Positions 9,901 through 17,289 of a DNA stretch of 32,000 nt are shown piece by piece. Where the stretch lies: assembly GCF_053102595.1 (NCBI RefSeq), contig NZ_CM129850.1; one strand, given 5' to 3'. Numbering within the stretch: the first letter of the stretch is position 1; the number at the start of each line of letters is the position of its first letter. The position numbers were made by a program, and so were the translations under genes. The notes under the pieces are model-generated. The model was given only the letters and a program-made list of their open reading frames with translations, was not told the DNA's origin and searched no databases.

Positions 9901-12900
9901 CTGTCACCAGCCAGACGGCGGGAGCCAGTGCGGTCACCGCCAGTATCAACAGCAGCAACGCGAGCCGGAACGTGACGTTTGTTGCCGATGTCAGGACGGC
10001 GCAGATCGCGGACCTGGTGGTCATTAAGGACGGCTCAGTGGCTGACGGCGCAATGGCGAATATGCTGCGGGCGAGGGTCACCGATGCGTTCGGTAATACG
10101 CTTGCCGGGCAGACGGTCAGCGTGACGGCAGGCAACGGCGCAACGGTTGCACCGACGGTCATCACGCAGCCGGACGGCACGGTGGAGATCTCAGTCACCA
10201 GCCAGACGGCAGGAACCAGTACAGTCACCGCCAGCATCAACAACAGCACCCTGAGCCAGAGCGTGATGTTTATCGCCGATATCAGGACGGCGCAGATCGC
10301 GGATCTGGTGGTCATTAAGGATGGTTCAGAGGCGGACGGTTCGACGGCGAACACGCTGCGTGCGAGGGTAACCGATGCATTCGGAAATACGCTTGCCGGA
10401 CAGACGGTCAGCGTGTTGGCGGACAACGGCGCAACGGTCGCTTCGACGGTCACCACAGGGCAGGACGGCACGGTGGAGATCTCTGTCACCAGTCAGACCG
10501 CCGGAATCAGTGCGGTCACCGTCAGCATCAACAACAGCACCCTGAGCCAGAACGTGATGTTTATCGCCGATATCAGGACGGCGCAGATCGCGGAGCTGGT
10601 GGTCATTAAGGACAACTCAGTGGCAGACGGCACGACGGCAAACACGCTGCAAGTGAAGGTCACCGATGCATTCGGGAATGCGCTGAATGGGCAGACGGTC
10701 AGCGTGTTCGCAGGCAACGGTGCAACGGTTGCCCCGACGGTGAGTACAGAGCCGGACGGCACGGTGGAGATCTCAGTCACCAGCCAGACCGCCGGAATTA
10801 GTGCGGTCACCGCCAGCGTCAACAACAGCAGCCAGAGCCAGAACGTGACATTTATTGCGGATGTCAGGACGGCGCAGATCGCGGATCTGGTCGTTAGCCA
10901 GGATAACGCGGTGGCAGACGGCGCGACGGCGAACACGCTGCGGGCGAGGGTCACCGATGCGTTCGGCAATGCGCTTGCCGGGCAGACGGTCAGCGTGTTG
11001 GCGGATAACAGCGCAACGGTCACTCCGACTGTCATCACAGGGCAGGACGGCACGGTGGAAATCAGTGTCACCAGCCAGACGGCGGGCACCAGCGCGATCA
11101 CTGCCAGCATTAACACCAGCAGCCTGAGTCAGAACGTGACGTTTGTCGCCGATGTCAGCACGGCGAAGATCGCGGATCTGGTGGTGACGCAGGACGGCTC
11201 AGTGGCAGACGGTGCGACGGCGAACACGCTGCGGGCGAGGGTGACCGATGCGTTCGGCAATGCGCTTGCCGGGCAGACGGTCAGCGTGTTGGCGGACAAC
11301 GGCGCAACGGTGTCTCCGACGGTCATCACAGGCCCGGACGGCACGGTGGAGATCTCTGTCATCAGCCAGACGGCGGGGATCAGTACTGTCACTGCCAGCA
11401 TCAACAGCAGCAGTCAGAGCCGGGATGTGACGTTTGTCGCTGATGTCAGGACGGCGCAGATCACGGACCTGGCGGTTATTAAGGACGGCTCAGTGGCAGA
11501 CGGTGCGACGGCGAATACGCTGCAGGTGACGGTCACCGATGCGTTCGGTAATACGCTTGCCGGGCAGACGGTCAGCGTGACGGCAGGCAACGGCGCAACG
11601 GTTGCCCCGACGGTGATTACAGAGCCGGACGGGACGGTGGAAATCAGTGTCACCAGCCAGACGGCGGGGATCAGTACAGTCACTGCCAGCATCAACAGCA
11701 GCACCCTGAGCCGGAACGTGACGTTTATTGCGGATGTCAGGACGGCGAAGATCGCTGATCTGGTAGTCACCCGGGATAACTCAGTGGCAGACGGTGCAAT
11801 GGCGAATACGCTGCAAGTGAAGGTCACCGATGCATTCGGGAATGCGCTGAATGGGCAGACGGTCAGCGTATCGGCAGACAACAGCGCAATGGTCACTCCG
11901 ACGGTGACCACGCAGCCGGATGGCACGGTGGAGATCAGTGTCACCAGTCAGACGGCGGGGATCAGTACAGTCACTGCAACCATCAACAACAGCACCCTGA
12001 GCCGGAACGTGATGTTTGTCGCGGATGTCAGGACGGCGCAGATCGCTGATCTGGTGGTCATTAAGGACGACTCAGCGGCAGACGGTGCAATGGCGAATAT
12101 GCTGCGGGCGAGGGTCACCGATGCGTTCGGTAATACGCTTGCCGGGCAGACGGTCAGCGTGATGGCGGACAACGGTGCAACGGTCGCTTCGACGATGACC
12201 ACAAAGCCGGACGGCACGGTGGAGATCAGTGTCACCAGCCAGACGGCGGGGATCAGTACAGTCACTGCAACCATCAACAACAGCACCCTGAGTCAGAACG
12301 TGACATTTATCGCCGATGTCAGGACGGCGAAGATCGCGGACCTGGTAGTCATTAAGGACGACTCAGTGGCAGACGGTGCAATGGCGAATATGCTGCGGGC
12401 GAGGGTCACCGATGCGTTCGGTAATACGCTTGCCGGGCAGACGGTCAGCGTGACGGCAGGCAACGGCGCAACGGTCACTCCGACGGTCACCACGCAGCCG
12501 GACGGCACGGTGGAAATTAGTGTCATCAGCCAGACGGCAGGCACCACTGCGGTCACTGCCAGCATTAACAGCAGCAGCCAGAGCCGGAACGTCACGTTTA
12601 TTGCGGATGTCAGGACGGCGAAGATCGCGGACCTGGTGGTCACCCGGGATAACTCAGTGGCAGACGCTTCGACGGCGAATACGCTGCAGGTGAAGGTCAC
12701 CGATGCTAACGGTAATACGCTTGCCGGGCAGACGGTCAGCGTGATGGCAGGCAACGGTGCAACGGTTGCCCCGACGGTGATTACAGAGCCGGACGGCACG
12801 GCGGAGATCCCTGTCACCAGCCAGACGGCGGGAGTCAGTGCAGTCACCGCCAGTATCAACAGCAGCAACGCGAGCCGGAACGTGACGTTTGTTGCCGATG

Positions 12901-15338
12901 TCAGGACGGCGCAGATCGCGGACCTGGTGGTCATTAAGGACGGCTCAGTGGCAGACGGCGCAATGGCGAACACGCTGCAGGTGAAGGTCACCGATGCGTT
13001 CGGCAATGCGCTTGGCGGACAGACGGTCAGCGTGACGGCAGGCAACAGCGCAACGGTCACTCCGACGGTCACCACGCAGTCGGACGGTACGGTGGAGTTC
13101 AGTGTCACCAGTCAGACGGCGGGAGTTAGCGCAGTCACAGCAACCATCAACAATCATAGCCTGAGCCAGAACGTCACCTTTGTACCGGGTGACGCATCGC
13201 AGCTCACTTCAACCGTTGAAACAAATAAGTCTAACTACACGGTTGGAGAGACCATCACCATCACGGTAACGCTCCGGGATGCGTTCGATAATCTGGTAAC
13301 CGGTGCAGCTTCACAGTTAGCCGCTAATAGTGTGCTGACGGTGGATGGCACCGACCCGTCAGAAACGGGAAGCTGGGTTGAATCAGGTGGCGTGTATACC
13401 ACAACCCGAATGGCGACGATTGCCGGTACCGATCAGCACGCTAACCTGCAACTGCAGACGTGGAGTGATGGTGTAACGTCAGATCGCTATGACATACAGT
13501 CCGGTTCTCCGGCGCAAGCCACATCAACTATCGCCACGGATAAAAACGCATACACCGCTGGCGAGACTATAACCGTCGCCGTGACGCTGAAAGATGCGCA
13601 CGGTAACCTGGTTGAAGGGGGCGAGTCCTTACTGTCTGGTGATAACGTAACAGTGGAAGGAGCCGTACGTTCAGGAGAGTGGTCTGAAACTGCCGGTGTT
13701 TATACTGCTACATGGTCGGCGCAAATGGCGGGAGACTCTCACCACGCGACGCTGACGTTGTCCGAGTGGGGCAGCAGTAAACAATCAGAGAGTTATTCCA
13801 TCCACAGTGGTGCTCCGGTGCAGGCAAATTCTGCTATCAGGACAGATAAATCGGCATATATCGCCGGGGAGCCATTAACTGTCACAATAACGTTGCGGGA
13901 TGAGTTTGGTAACCCTGCTTTAGGGCTGACATCAGAAGTCATCGAGTCTTATATCGATAATTTCGCGGTAGGTGGCGCAACTTCCGATTCTATGCAGTGG
14001 GTCGAGCAGAATAATGGTGAATATACCATTGTCTGGACAGCATGGGTTGCCGAGGAAAATCTGGTTGCCAGTCTGAAATTAAAAACATGGGCAATGGAGA
14101 TTAAGTCCTCGTTATACGGAATACAACCAGGTGCGGCGGCAAAAACTCAATCCACGATTGTCACGGACAAAACGAAATATATCGCTGGGGATAGCATAAC
14201 GGTGACCGTTGTTCTTAAAGATGCCCAGGGTAACTTTATTACTGATGGTGTCGCGCAGCTTAATGAGGAAAACGTACAAGTCAGGAACGCTGATTCTATT
14301 CAAGGCAATAATTGGGTTTACAACGGCGATGGTAAATATCAAAGACAGTATATGGCGCATTTTGCGGAAGCGAATTTGAATGCGCAACTGAAGATGGCTG
14401 GTTGGAGCGATGCCAATTATTCAAAAAACTACACTATTAACAGAGGTGAAGTAAGTATGTTTCGTTCACAGCTTCGTATACGCGAAGTTTTAGTGGTAGC
14501 TGGGGCGGATATACCTGTTAGTGTTTTATTATCTGATGAATTTGGTAATCCTGTGAATGACGGTCTGGAATTGCTGACAGAGGATGCCGTGTACTTACAA
14601 AATGTGGAAAAGAAAGAAGGGGCTAAATGGGTATCTGTGGGTGAAGGCAGATATGAGCGTACCTATAGGGCCTACAAAGAAGGAGAAAACTTAAACTCAT
14701 ATCTACATATTAATGGTTGGTATGTAGACGGGCAACCGTCTTATACCATCCTACCTTTTGTCGAAGTCGAGTCGCTGAGTGTTAATGGTGTAAGATTCAG
14801 GGCGACAGATGGTTTTCCAGAAACAGGGTTTGATGGTGCAAAATTCACGCTGTTACTAACCCATAATATGAGAAATACGGATTATAATTGGACGGCTGGG
14901 ATTTATGGAATTAATGTTGACAGTAATGGAGAAGTAACATTATCTCTGCTAATAAGAAGTGAAGTTACTATTACCGGGAAACCCAAGAATGGTAAAGGGA
15001 ATGATGTTGTATTTAAATTCAAGATTAAAAAATGGTTTACTAGTTTAGGTGCTGCCAGTAGTAATACCTGGGATATCATAAATGCTTCATGCAGCTATGG
15101 TCAAATGCCGTCATCTTTAGAATTAGCGCAGCGGCCAAGCGGTGGGGTAGTACCGCGAAAAGTAGGTACGTTGTGGGGCGAATATGGTAATTTGAAAACT
15201 TATGGGAACGCTTTTAGCGGTACGGATTATTGGACAACCACTCAGCTCTTAGGGGTACACGAGAAATTTAATCCTGAAACTGGTATATCAGAGCTTGGGA
15301 CAGGAAAGTCTTCTGGCTTGTGTGTAGAGTATTATTAA
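3915..15338 (+). CDS. air: Giant inverse autotransporter adhesin of the intimin/invasin family (Air/YeeJ-like), 3,807 aa
   Basis: The N-terminus (..ICGLGDRLRRLTAGICLITQTIFPVMAAAP) and the following ~430 aa parallel YeeJ/intimin. This covers a LysM motif and the beta-barrel block WLSRWGTARVSLGVDEDFSLK..FLHPWYETPDNLVFSQHTLHRTDDRTQ..NNNIVLEYRKKE. About 30 Ig-like domains follow, then an invasin/YeeJ-like C-terminal domain. It is a single uninterrupted ORF. Confidence 0.92.
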   Translation: MAGKAHGNGDRRGDNTICGLGDRLRRLTAGICLITQTIFPVMAAAPTHINHAHSDTATSLILPNVKTIPYTLGALETPPTVAARFGITVDELRRLNQFRTFARGFDNVRQGDEIDVPLINSNSPEARNLKAMQMERDGKDPQMQVAEVAQQSGTLLARDMDSEQAASMARGWVASSASAQATDWLSRWGTARVSLGVDEDFSLKSSSFEFLHPWYETPDNLVFSQHTLHRTDDRTQTNHGIGWRYFTPSWMSGVNMFIDHDLTRYHTRTGMGVEYWRDYLKLSGNGYLRLSNWRSAPELDNDYEARPANGWDLRAEGWLPAWPQLGGKLVYEQYYGDEVALFGKDERQNDPHAITAGLSYTPVPLISFSAEQRQGKQGENDTRIGMELTLQPGHSLQKQLDPAEVAARRSLVGSRYDLVDRNNNIVLEYRKKELVRLTLTDPLKGKPGEVKSLVSSLQTKYALKGYDIEAASLQSAGGKVAVSGKDIQVTIPPYRFTAMPETDNTYPIAVTAEDSKGNFSRREESMVVVEKPTLSLADSTLSVDLQILLADGKSTSTLTYTARDSSGKPIPGMTLKTQVKGLQDFALSEWKDNGNGTYTQIVTAGKTSGALSLMPQFNGDDIAKTPALIAIVANTASRADSTIETDQDNYVAGKPIVVKVTLRDDNGNGVTGRKELLKQTVKVDNTKADAVSAWTEESEGIYKASYTAHLIGDKLTAQLTMPGWQTKHSDAFSIAGDKDTAKIAAMQITANNAVARRDHNTVAVTVRDVHQNLLQGQNVTFTVVNGAAVFADPNGGIVTTDKDGIASVNLASDQAVNSLIKAEINGSSQSVEVSFITGDISQLTSTIKTDDVSYTAGGKIKVSVTLMDEQKNLVKGMASLLAGSGVVEVSGTDKNETGNWSEESDGVYTTTRTAKIASDRHYATLKLSTWSSAQQSDAYAIRESGAVLAYSSIVTDKTTYTAGGVIKVTVTLKDSYENLVGGQRDAINLAIQLPNTKAESIAWNEDQKGIYTATYTALLPGTGLKAQLQMSDWASALTSNDYSISGDAASAQIVAMQVTTGNPDVLANGSDRHTVNVRVEDQFGNVLPEQTVTFTVTKGAAVFANAGQSADIRTDAHGMAEVDLSSTVADASTVEAKVNQSSDSKTVNFVADVSTAQIADLVVIKDGSVADGSTANTLRVRVTDAFGNALDGQTVSVLADNSATVAPTVITEPDGTVEISVTSQTAGVSAVTASINNSSLSRNVTFVADVRTAKIADLEVIKDGSEADGATANTLRARVTDAFGNALAGQTVSVTAGNSATVASTVTTKPDGTVEISVTSQTAGVSTVTASINSSSQSRDVTFVADVRTAKIADLVVTRDNSVADASTANTLQVKVTDANGNTLAGQTVSVTAGNSATVASTVTTKPDGTVEISVTSQTAGSSTVTASINSSSLSRNVTFIADVRTAQIADLVVIKDGSEADGATANTLRARVTDAFGNALAGQTVSVLADNGATVASTVTTGPDGTVEISVISQTAGISAVTASINSSSQSRDVTFIADVRTAQIAELVVIKDGSEADGATANTLQVKVTDANGNALAGQTVSVLADNGATTAPTVITEPDGKVEISVTSQTAGVSAVTASINNSTLSQNVMFIADIRTAQIADLAVIKDGSVADGATANTLQVRVTDAFGNALAGQTVSVMADNGATVTPTVITGQDGTVEVSITSQTAGTSTGTASINNSSLSRNVTFIADVRTAKIADLVVTRDNAVADGAMANTLQVKVTDAFGNALNGQTVSVLADNGATTAPTVTTQPDGTVEISVTSQTAGVSAVTASINNSSLSRNVTFIADVRTAQIADLVVIKDDSVADGAMANMLRARVTDAFGNTLAGQTVSVTAGNGATVTPTVTTQPDGTVEISVTSQTAGISTVTATINNSSLSRDVTFVADVRTAKIADLVVIKDGSVADGAMANMLQVKVTDANGNVLAGQTVSMMAGNGATVAPTVITEPDGTVEIPVTSQTAGASAVTASINSSNASRNVTFVADVRTAQIADLVVIKDGSVADGAMANMLRARVTDAFGNTLAGQTVSVTAGNGATVAPTVITQPDGTVEISVTSQTAGTSTVTASINNSTLSQSVMFIADIRTAQIADLVVIKDGSEADGSTANTLRARVTDAFGNTLAGQTVSVLADNGATVASTVTTGQDGTVEISVTSQTAGISAVTVSINNSTLSQNVMFIADIRTAQIAELVVIKDNSVADGTTANTLQVKVTDAFGNALNGQTVSVFAGNGATVAPTVSTEPDGTVEISVTSQTAGISAVTASVNNSSQSQNVTFIADVRTAQIADLVVSQDNAVADGATANTLRARVTDAFGNALAGQTVSVLADNSATVTPTVITGQDGTVEISVTSQTAGTSAITASINTSSLSQNVTFVADVSTAKIADLVVTQDGSVADGATANTLRARVTDAFGNALAGQTVSVLADNGATVSPTVITGPDGTVEISVISQTAGISTVTASINSSSQSRDVTFVADVRTAQITDLAVIKDGSVADGATANTLQVTVTDAFGNTLAGQTVSVTAGNGATVAPTVITEPDGTVEISVTSQTAGISTVTASINSSTLSRNVTFIADVRTAKIADLVVTRDNSVADGAMANTLQVKVTDAFGNALNGQTVSVSADNSAMVTPTVTTQPDGTVEISVTSQTAGISTVTATINNSTLSRNVMFVADVRTAQIADLVVIKDDSAADGAMANMLRARVTDAFGNTLAGQTVSVMADNGATVASTMTTKPDGTVEISVTSQTAGISTVTATINNSTLSQNVTFIADVRTAKIADLVVIKDDSVADGAMANMLRARVTDAFGNTLAGQTVSVTAGNGATVTPTVTTQPDGTVEISVISQTAGTTAVTASINSSSQSRNVTFIADVRTAKIADLVVTRDNSVADASTANTLQVKVTDANGNTLAGQTVSVMAGNGATVAPTVITEPDGTAEIPVTSQTAGVSAVTASINSSNASRNVTFVADVRTAQIADLVVIKDGSVADGAMANTLQVKVTDAFGNALGGQTVSVTAGNSATVTPTVTTQSDGTVEFSVTSQTAGVSAVTATINNHSLSQNVTFVPGDASQLTSTVETNKSNYTVGETITITVTLRDAFDNLVTGAASQLAANSVLTVDGTDPSETGSWVESGGVYTTTRMATIAGTDQHANLQLQTWSDGVTSDRYDIQSGSPAQATSTIATDKNAYTAGETITVAVTLKDAHGNLVEGGESLLSGDNVTVEGAVRSGEWSETAGVYTATWSAQMAGDSHHATLTLSEWGSSKQSESYSIHSGAPVQANSAIRTDKSAYIAGEPLTVTITLRDEFGNPALGLTSEVIESYIDNFAVGGATSDSMQWVEQNNGEYTIVWTAWVAEENLVASLKLKTWAMEIKSSLYGIQPGAAAKTQSTIVTDKTKYIAGDSITVTVVLKDAQGNFITDGVAQLNEENVQVRNADSIQGNNWVYNGDGKYQRQYMAHFAEANLNAQLKMAGWSDANYSKNYTINRGEVSMFRSQLRIREVLVVAGADIPVSVLLSDEFGNPVNDGLELLTEDAVYLQNVEKKEGAKWVSVGEGRYERTYRAYKEGENLNSYLHINGWYVDGQPSYTILPFVEVESLSVNGVRFRATDGFPETGFDGAKFTLLLTHNMRNTDYNWTAGIYGINVDSNGEVTLSLLIRSEVTITGKPKNGKGNDVVFKFKIKKWFTSLGAASSNTWDIINASCSYGQMPSSLELAQRPSGGVVPRKVGTLWGEYGNLKTYGNAFSGTDYWTTTQLLGVHEKFNPETGISELGTGKSSGLCVEYY
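4119..4268 (+). other. LysM peptidoglycan-binding motif within the adhesin
   Basis: Residues ~69-118 read YTLGALETPPTVAARFGITVDELRRLNQFRTFARGFDNVRQGDEIDVPL. This is the LysM pattern seen in intimin and YeeJ periplasmic N-termini. Confidence 0.7.
4407..5210 (+). other. Inverse-autotransporter beta-barrel (translocator) domain within the adhesin
   Basis: Residues ~165-432 are near-collinear with my recollection of the YeeJ/intimin barrel region, with alternating aromatic/polar strands (GIGWRYF, GVEYWRDYLKLSGNGYLRLSNW, GWDLRAEGWLPAWPQLGGKLVYEQYYG). Confidence 0.8.
7359..13178 (+). repeat. Tandem array of 20 x 291 bp (97 codons each), coding Big_1-type Ig-like domains
   Basis: The unit starts at the TTT (Phe) of F(V/I)AD(V/I)(R/S)TA(Q/K)I. 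The first TTT is at 7359. The TTT of the first non-array domain is at 13179, exactly 5,820 nt later. Unit 7 was checked directly and starts at its predicted position (TTT at 9105). All 20 units in the translation are 97 aa, so the array contains no indels. Confidence 0.95.
14757..15335 (+). other. C-terminal receptor-binding-type domain (Ig-like plus C-type-lectin-like, as in invasin D4-D5 and YeeJ)
   Basis: The segment FVEVESLSVNGVRFRATDGFPETGF...KIKKWFTSLG...CSYGQMPSSLELAQ...GTLWGEYGNL...DYWTTTQ...GLCVEYY parallels the YeeJ C-terminus (VSVNGTDL..GFTGA...VKSWWVNAG...CSSNGYTLP...SLYSEWGDM...ATCYKNL). Confidence 0.55.
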
Positions 15339-15351
15339 CGAAGTAATCACT

Positions 15352-15379
15352 AAATTGCCCTGCATCAGCAGGGCAATTT
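15352..15379. terminator. Bidirectional hairpin terminator between the convergent air and eilA genes
   Basis: A perfect 12-bp stem (aaattgccctgc / gcagggcaattt) with a 4-nt loop (atca) sits 14 nt after the air stop and 11 nt from the eilA stop. A/T runs flank both sides. Confidence 0.75.
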
Positions 15380-15389
15380 ATATTAGTTC

Positions 15390-17087
15390 TTACGCAGAAG
15401 TCCGCATCACACCAATAGTATTAAATTCATTTTTCACACTGAGCAAACGGGGGTCATGAAGCAAAACATTTGACCACAAATCATTCTCTTTAATTAATTG
15501 TTGCCAGCGCTTTTCATATTCTTTTTTACCATAAACAGTGTAAATTAACGGCAAAATAACACCATTGATTTTGTTAGTGTTAATATTTGCCAGTAACTTC
15601 ATAATGTCATTTTTTATAGATGCGCCATAGATCAGAAACTTCGTATAAAGCGAGTTAACGCAGGTGTAATCAAGACCATGTTCAGGTTCAAGTTTAAGCA
15701 ATAAACTTTTGGCTTTGTCATTATGTCCTTTCAGTGCCATGAACATAGCCAGAATAGATGTAATAATTGGATTGTTACAGGTGTTTTGACTGTTAAGATT
15801 TAATGCAAAAGATATCGCGTTATCGAGGGGGGATGTGTAATAAAGTATAATTAATTTAAGAATGCTTATGCCCATTTTATTGGGTTCAAGAGCAATGCTT
15901 TTTTCTATTAAATTAAATGCTCTTGCAAGGTCGCCGTTCAAAAAACATAGCAGCGACTGATAATAATAAACGTCTGGCGAATTAGGTTTGAGTAAATGTG
16001 CTTGCTTAAACAGCACATTAGACACTGAATGTTCGTCTTTGAGTCCACTGATTAAGCCTAGCAATCCTAATGCCTGAGAATTTGAAGGGTTAATTTCCAG
16101 AGCCTTTTCAATGGAGGTTACTGCCGTAGTTATTGCTTGTTTTTGTTCACTGATTCCAAGGAGTGCTAATGATATATGGCATTCCGCCAGGCAACAGTAG
16201 GGCAAGGTATTTTGCGGTTGCGTACTCACACAATCTCTAAATATTACTAATGCTCGTTTCAAACTTTCTGGTGTATAACGGTACATTTCCATCCTGCCAT
16301 TCATATACATAACAGCAGAATCCAGAGATGGCATTTGTTGTGTATTAATGGATTTAAAATTAATGTTGGGTATTTTTTCAATAAGAATATTAATTACTTG
16401 TGATAATAGCACGGAAAGAGGATTGTCGGGGTTGAAATCAATACTTTGATGATCAATCAATTTATGCGTTCTGGCATGGATTAACTCAATAAATAAACGC
16501 CAGTTTTTACCATAGTGAACGACCTGACCCATAATATAATATTCTGGACCTGTTTTATTGATAAACTGATGGATAGTGGAGAAATCACTGGCCTCATTGG
16601 TTACCGAAGCGGGTAAAATATCTAAACCACAAAAAGCATATTTTGAAAGGCCCTGGACCAGTTCGTAATGGAGTTTTAGAACATTGATCGAACCTTCAGT
16701 ACGAAAGGGAAAAACGGCAAGAGTGGTGGTCGACTTTACCGGTTCATTATCGGTTACAATCACAATGGGGACAGTAAAACGGTATCCACGACCATAGACC
16801 GTTTCGATATACTTACACTGTTTATTCTCATGCAAAAGTTTACGCAATGCATAAATACACCGTGTTAAAGATTCATCACTGGCAACACTCGCGCTCCAGA
16901 CCTTATCGATAATCTCTTCTTTACTAACAATTTCACCGTCAGCATTAAGTAATAGAATGATAACGCCAAGTTCTTTCGGGGGAATATGATATTCTTTGTT
17001 TTTGAATAATAATATTCCATTGTTTTTTAATACAAAGTCACCAAATATATATTGTTGTGTATTATTTTTTCCATGTTGCAGTTGCAT
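15390..17087 (-). CDS. eilA: HilA-like transcriptional activator (OmpR/ToxR-type winged-helix N-terminus plus TPR-like C-terminus), 565 aa
   Basis: The N-terminus reads YIFGDFVLKNNGILLFKNKEYHIPPKELGVIILLLNADGEIVSKEEIIDKVWS...SLTRCIYALRKLL...IETVYGRGYRFTVP, the trans_reg_C signature. The size and the long helical-repeat C-terminus match HilA (about 553 aa). It lies adjacent to the translocon operon. Confidence 0.88.
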   Translation of the reverse strand: MQLQHGKNNTQQYIFGDFVLKNNGILLFKNKEYHIPPKELGVIILLLNADGEIVSKEEIIDKVWSASVASDESLTRCIYALRKLLHENKQCKYIETVYGRGYRFTVPIVIVTDNEPVKSTTTLAVFPFRTEGSINVLKLHYELVQGLSKYAFCGLDILPASVTNEASDFSTIHQFINKTGPEYYIMGQVVHYGKNWRLFIELIHARTHKLIDHQSIDFNPDNPLSVLLSQVINILIEKIPNINFKSINTQQMPSLDSAVMYMNGRMEMYRYTPESLKRALVIFRDCVSTQPQNTLPYCCLAECHISLALLGISEQKQAITTAVTSIEKALEINPSNSQALGLLGLISGLKDEHSVSNVLFKQAHLLKPNSPDVYYYQSLLCFLNGDLARAFNLIEKSIALEPNKMGISILKLIILYYTSPLDNAISFALNLNSQNTCNNPIITSILAMFMALKGHNDKAKSLLLKLEPEHGLDYTCVNSLYTKFLIYGASIKNDIMKLLANINTNKINGVILPLIYTVYGKKEYEKRWQQLIKENDLWSNVLLHDPRLLSVKNEFNTIGVMRTSA

Positions 17088-17235
17088 AGAACGCTCCTTC
17101 CATTTTCTCTATTCATAGTATTAATTTGATCTGTCTAAAATAAAGTATTGGCAGAATTGCTCTATCAAAAAACGCTCATTTTGTGAGATTGTGATGAAGA
17201 AATGAATGAAAGCTGATGCTTAATAATATGAAACA

Positions 17236-17258
17236 CTGGTCCCATTTTACGGGACCAG
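17236..17258 (-). terminator. Hairpin downstream of eipD (candidate operon terminator)
   Basis: The hairpin is ctggtccc-attttac-gggaccag (8-bp stem). It lies 32 nt after the eipD stop on the minus strand and is followed by a moderately T-rich tract (tgtttcatatt). Confidence 0.5.
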
Positions 17259-17289
17259 ATAGTGGACGATAATTGTAGGTGTTACTTAA

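Noticed and set aside
7331-13108. A series of long minus-strand ORFs (up to 580 aa, for example 8747..10489, 12293..13108, 10493..11116) across the repeat array.
   Set aside because: They are antisense to a clearly homologous, uninterrupted adhesin frame. They are repetitive low-complexity translations (..TLTVCPASALPNASVTL..). They stay open only because the GC-rich repeat lacks stop codons on the opposite strand. No start context or homology supports them.
7359-13178. Regular 291-bp periodicity that could superficially suggest a CRISPR-like or satellite array.
   Set aside because: There is no repeat-spacer alternation. The whole unit is repeated, lies in frame inside a CDS, and encodes an Ig-like domain. 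No cas genes are present.
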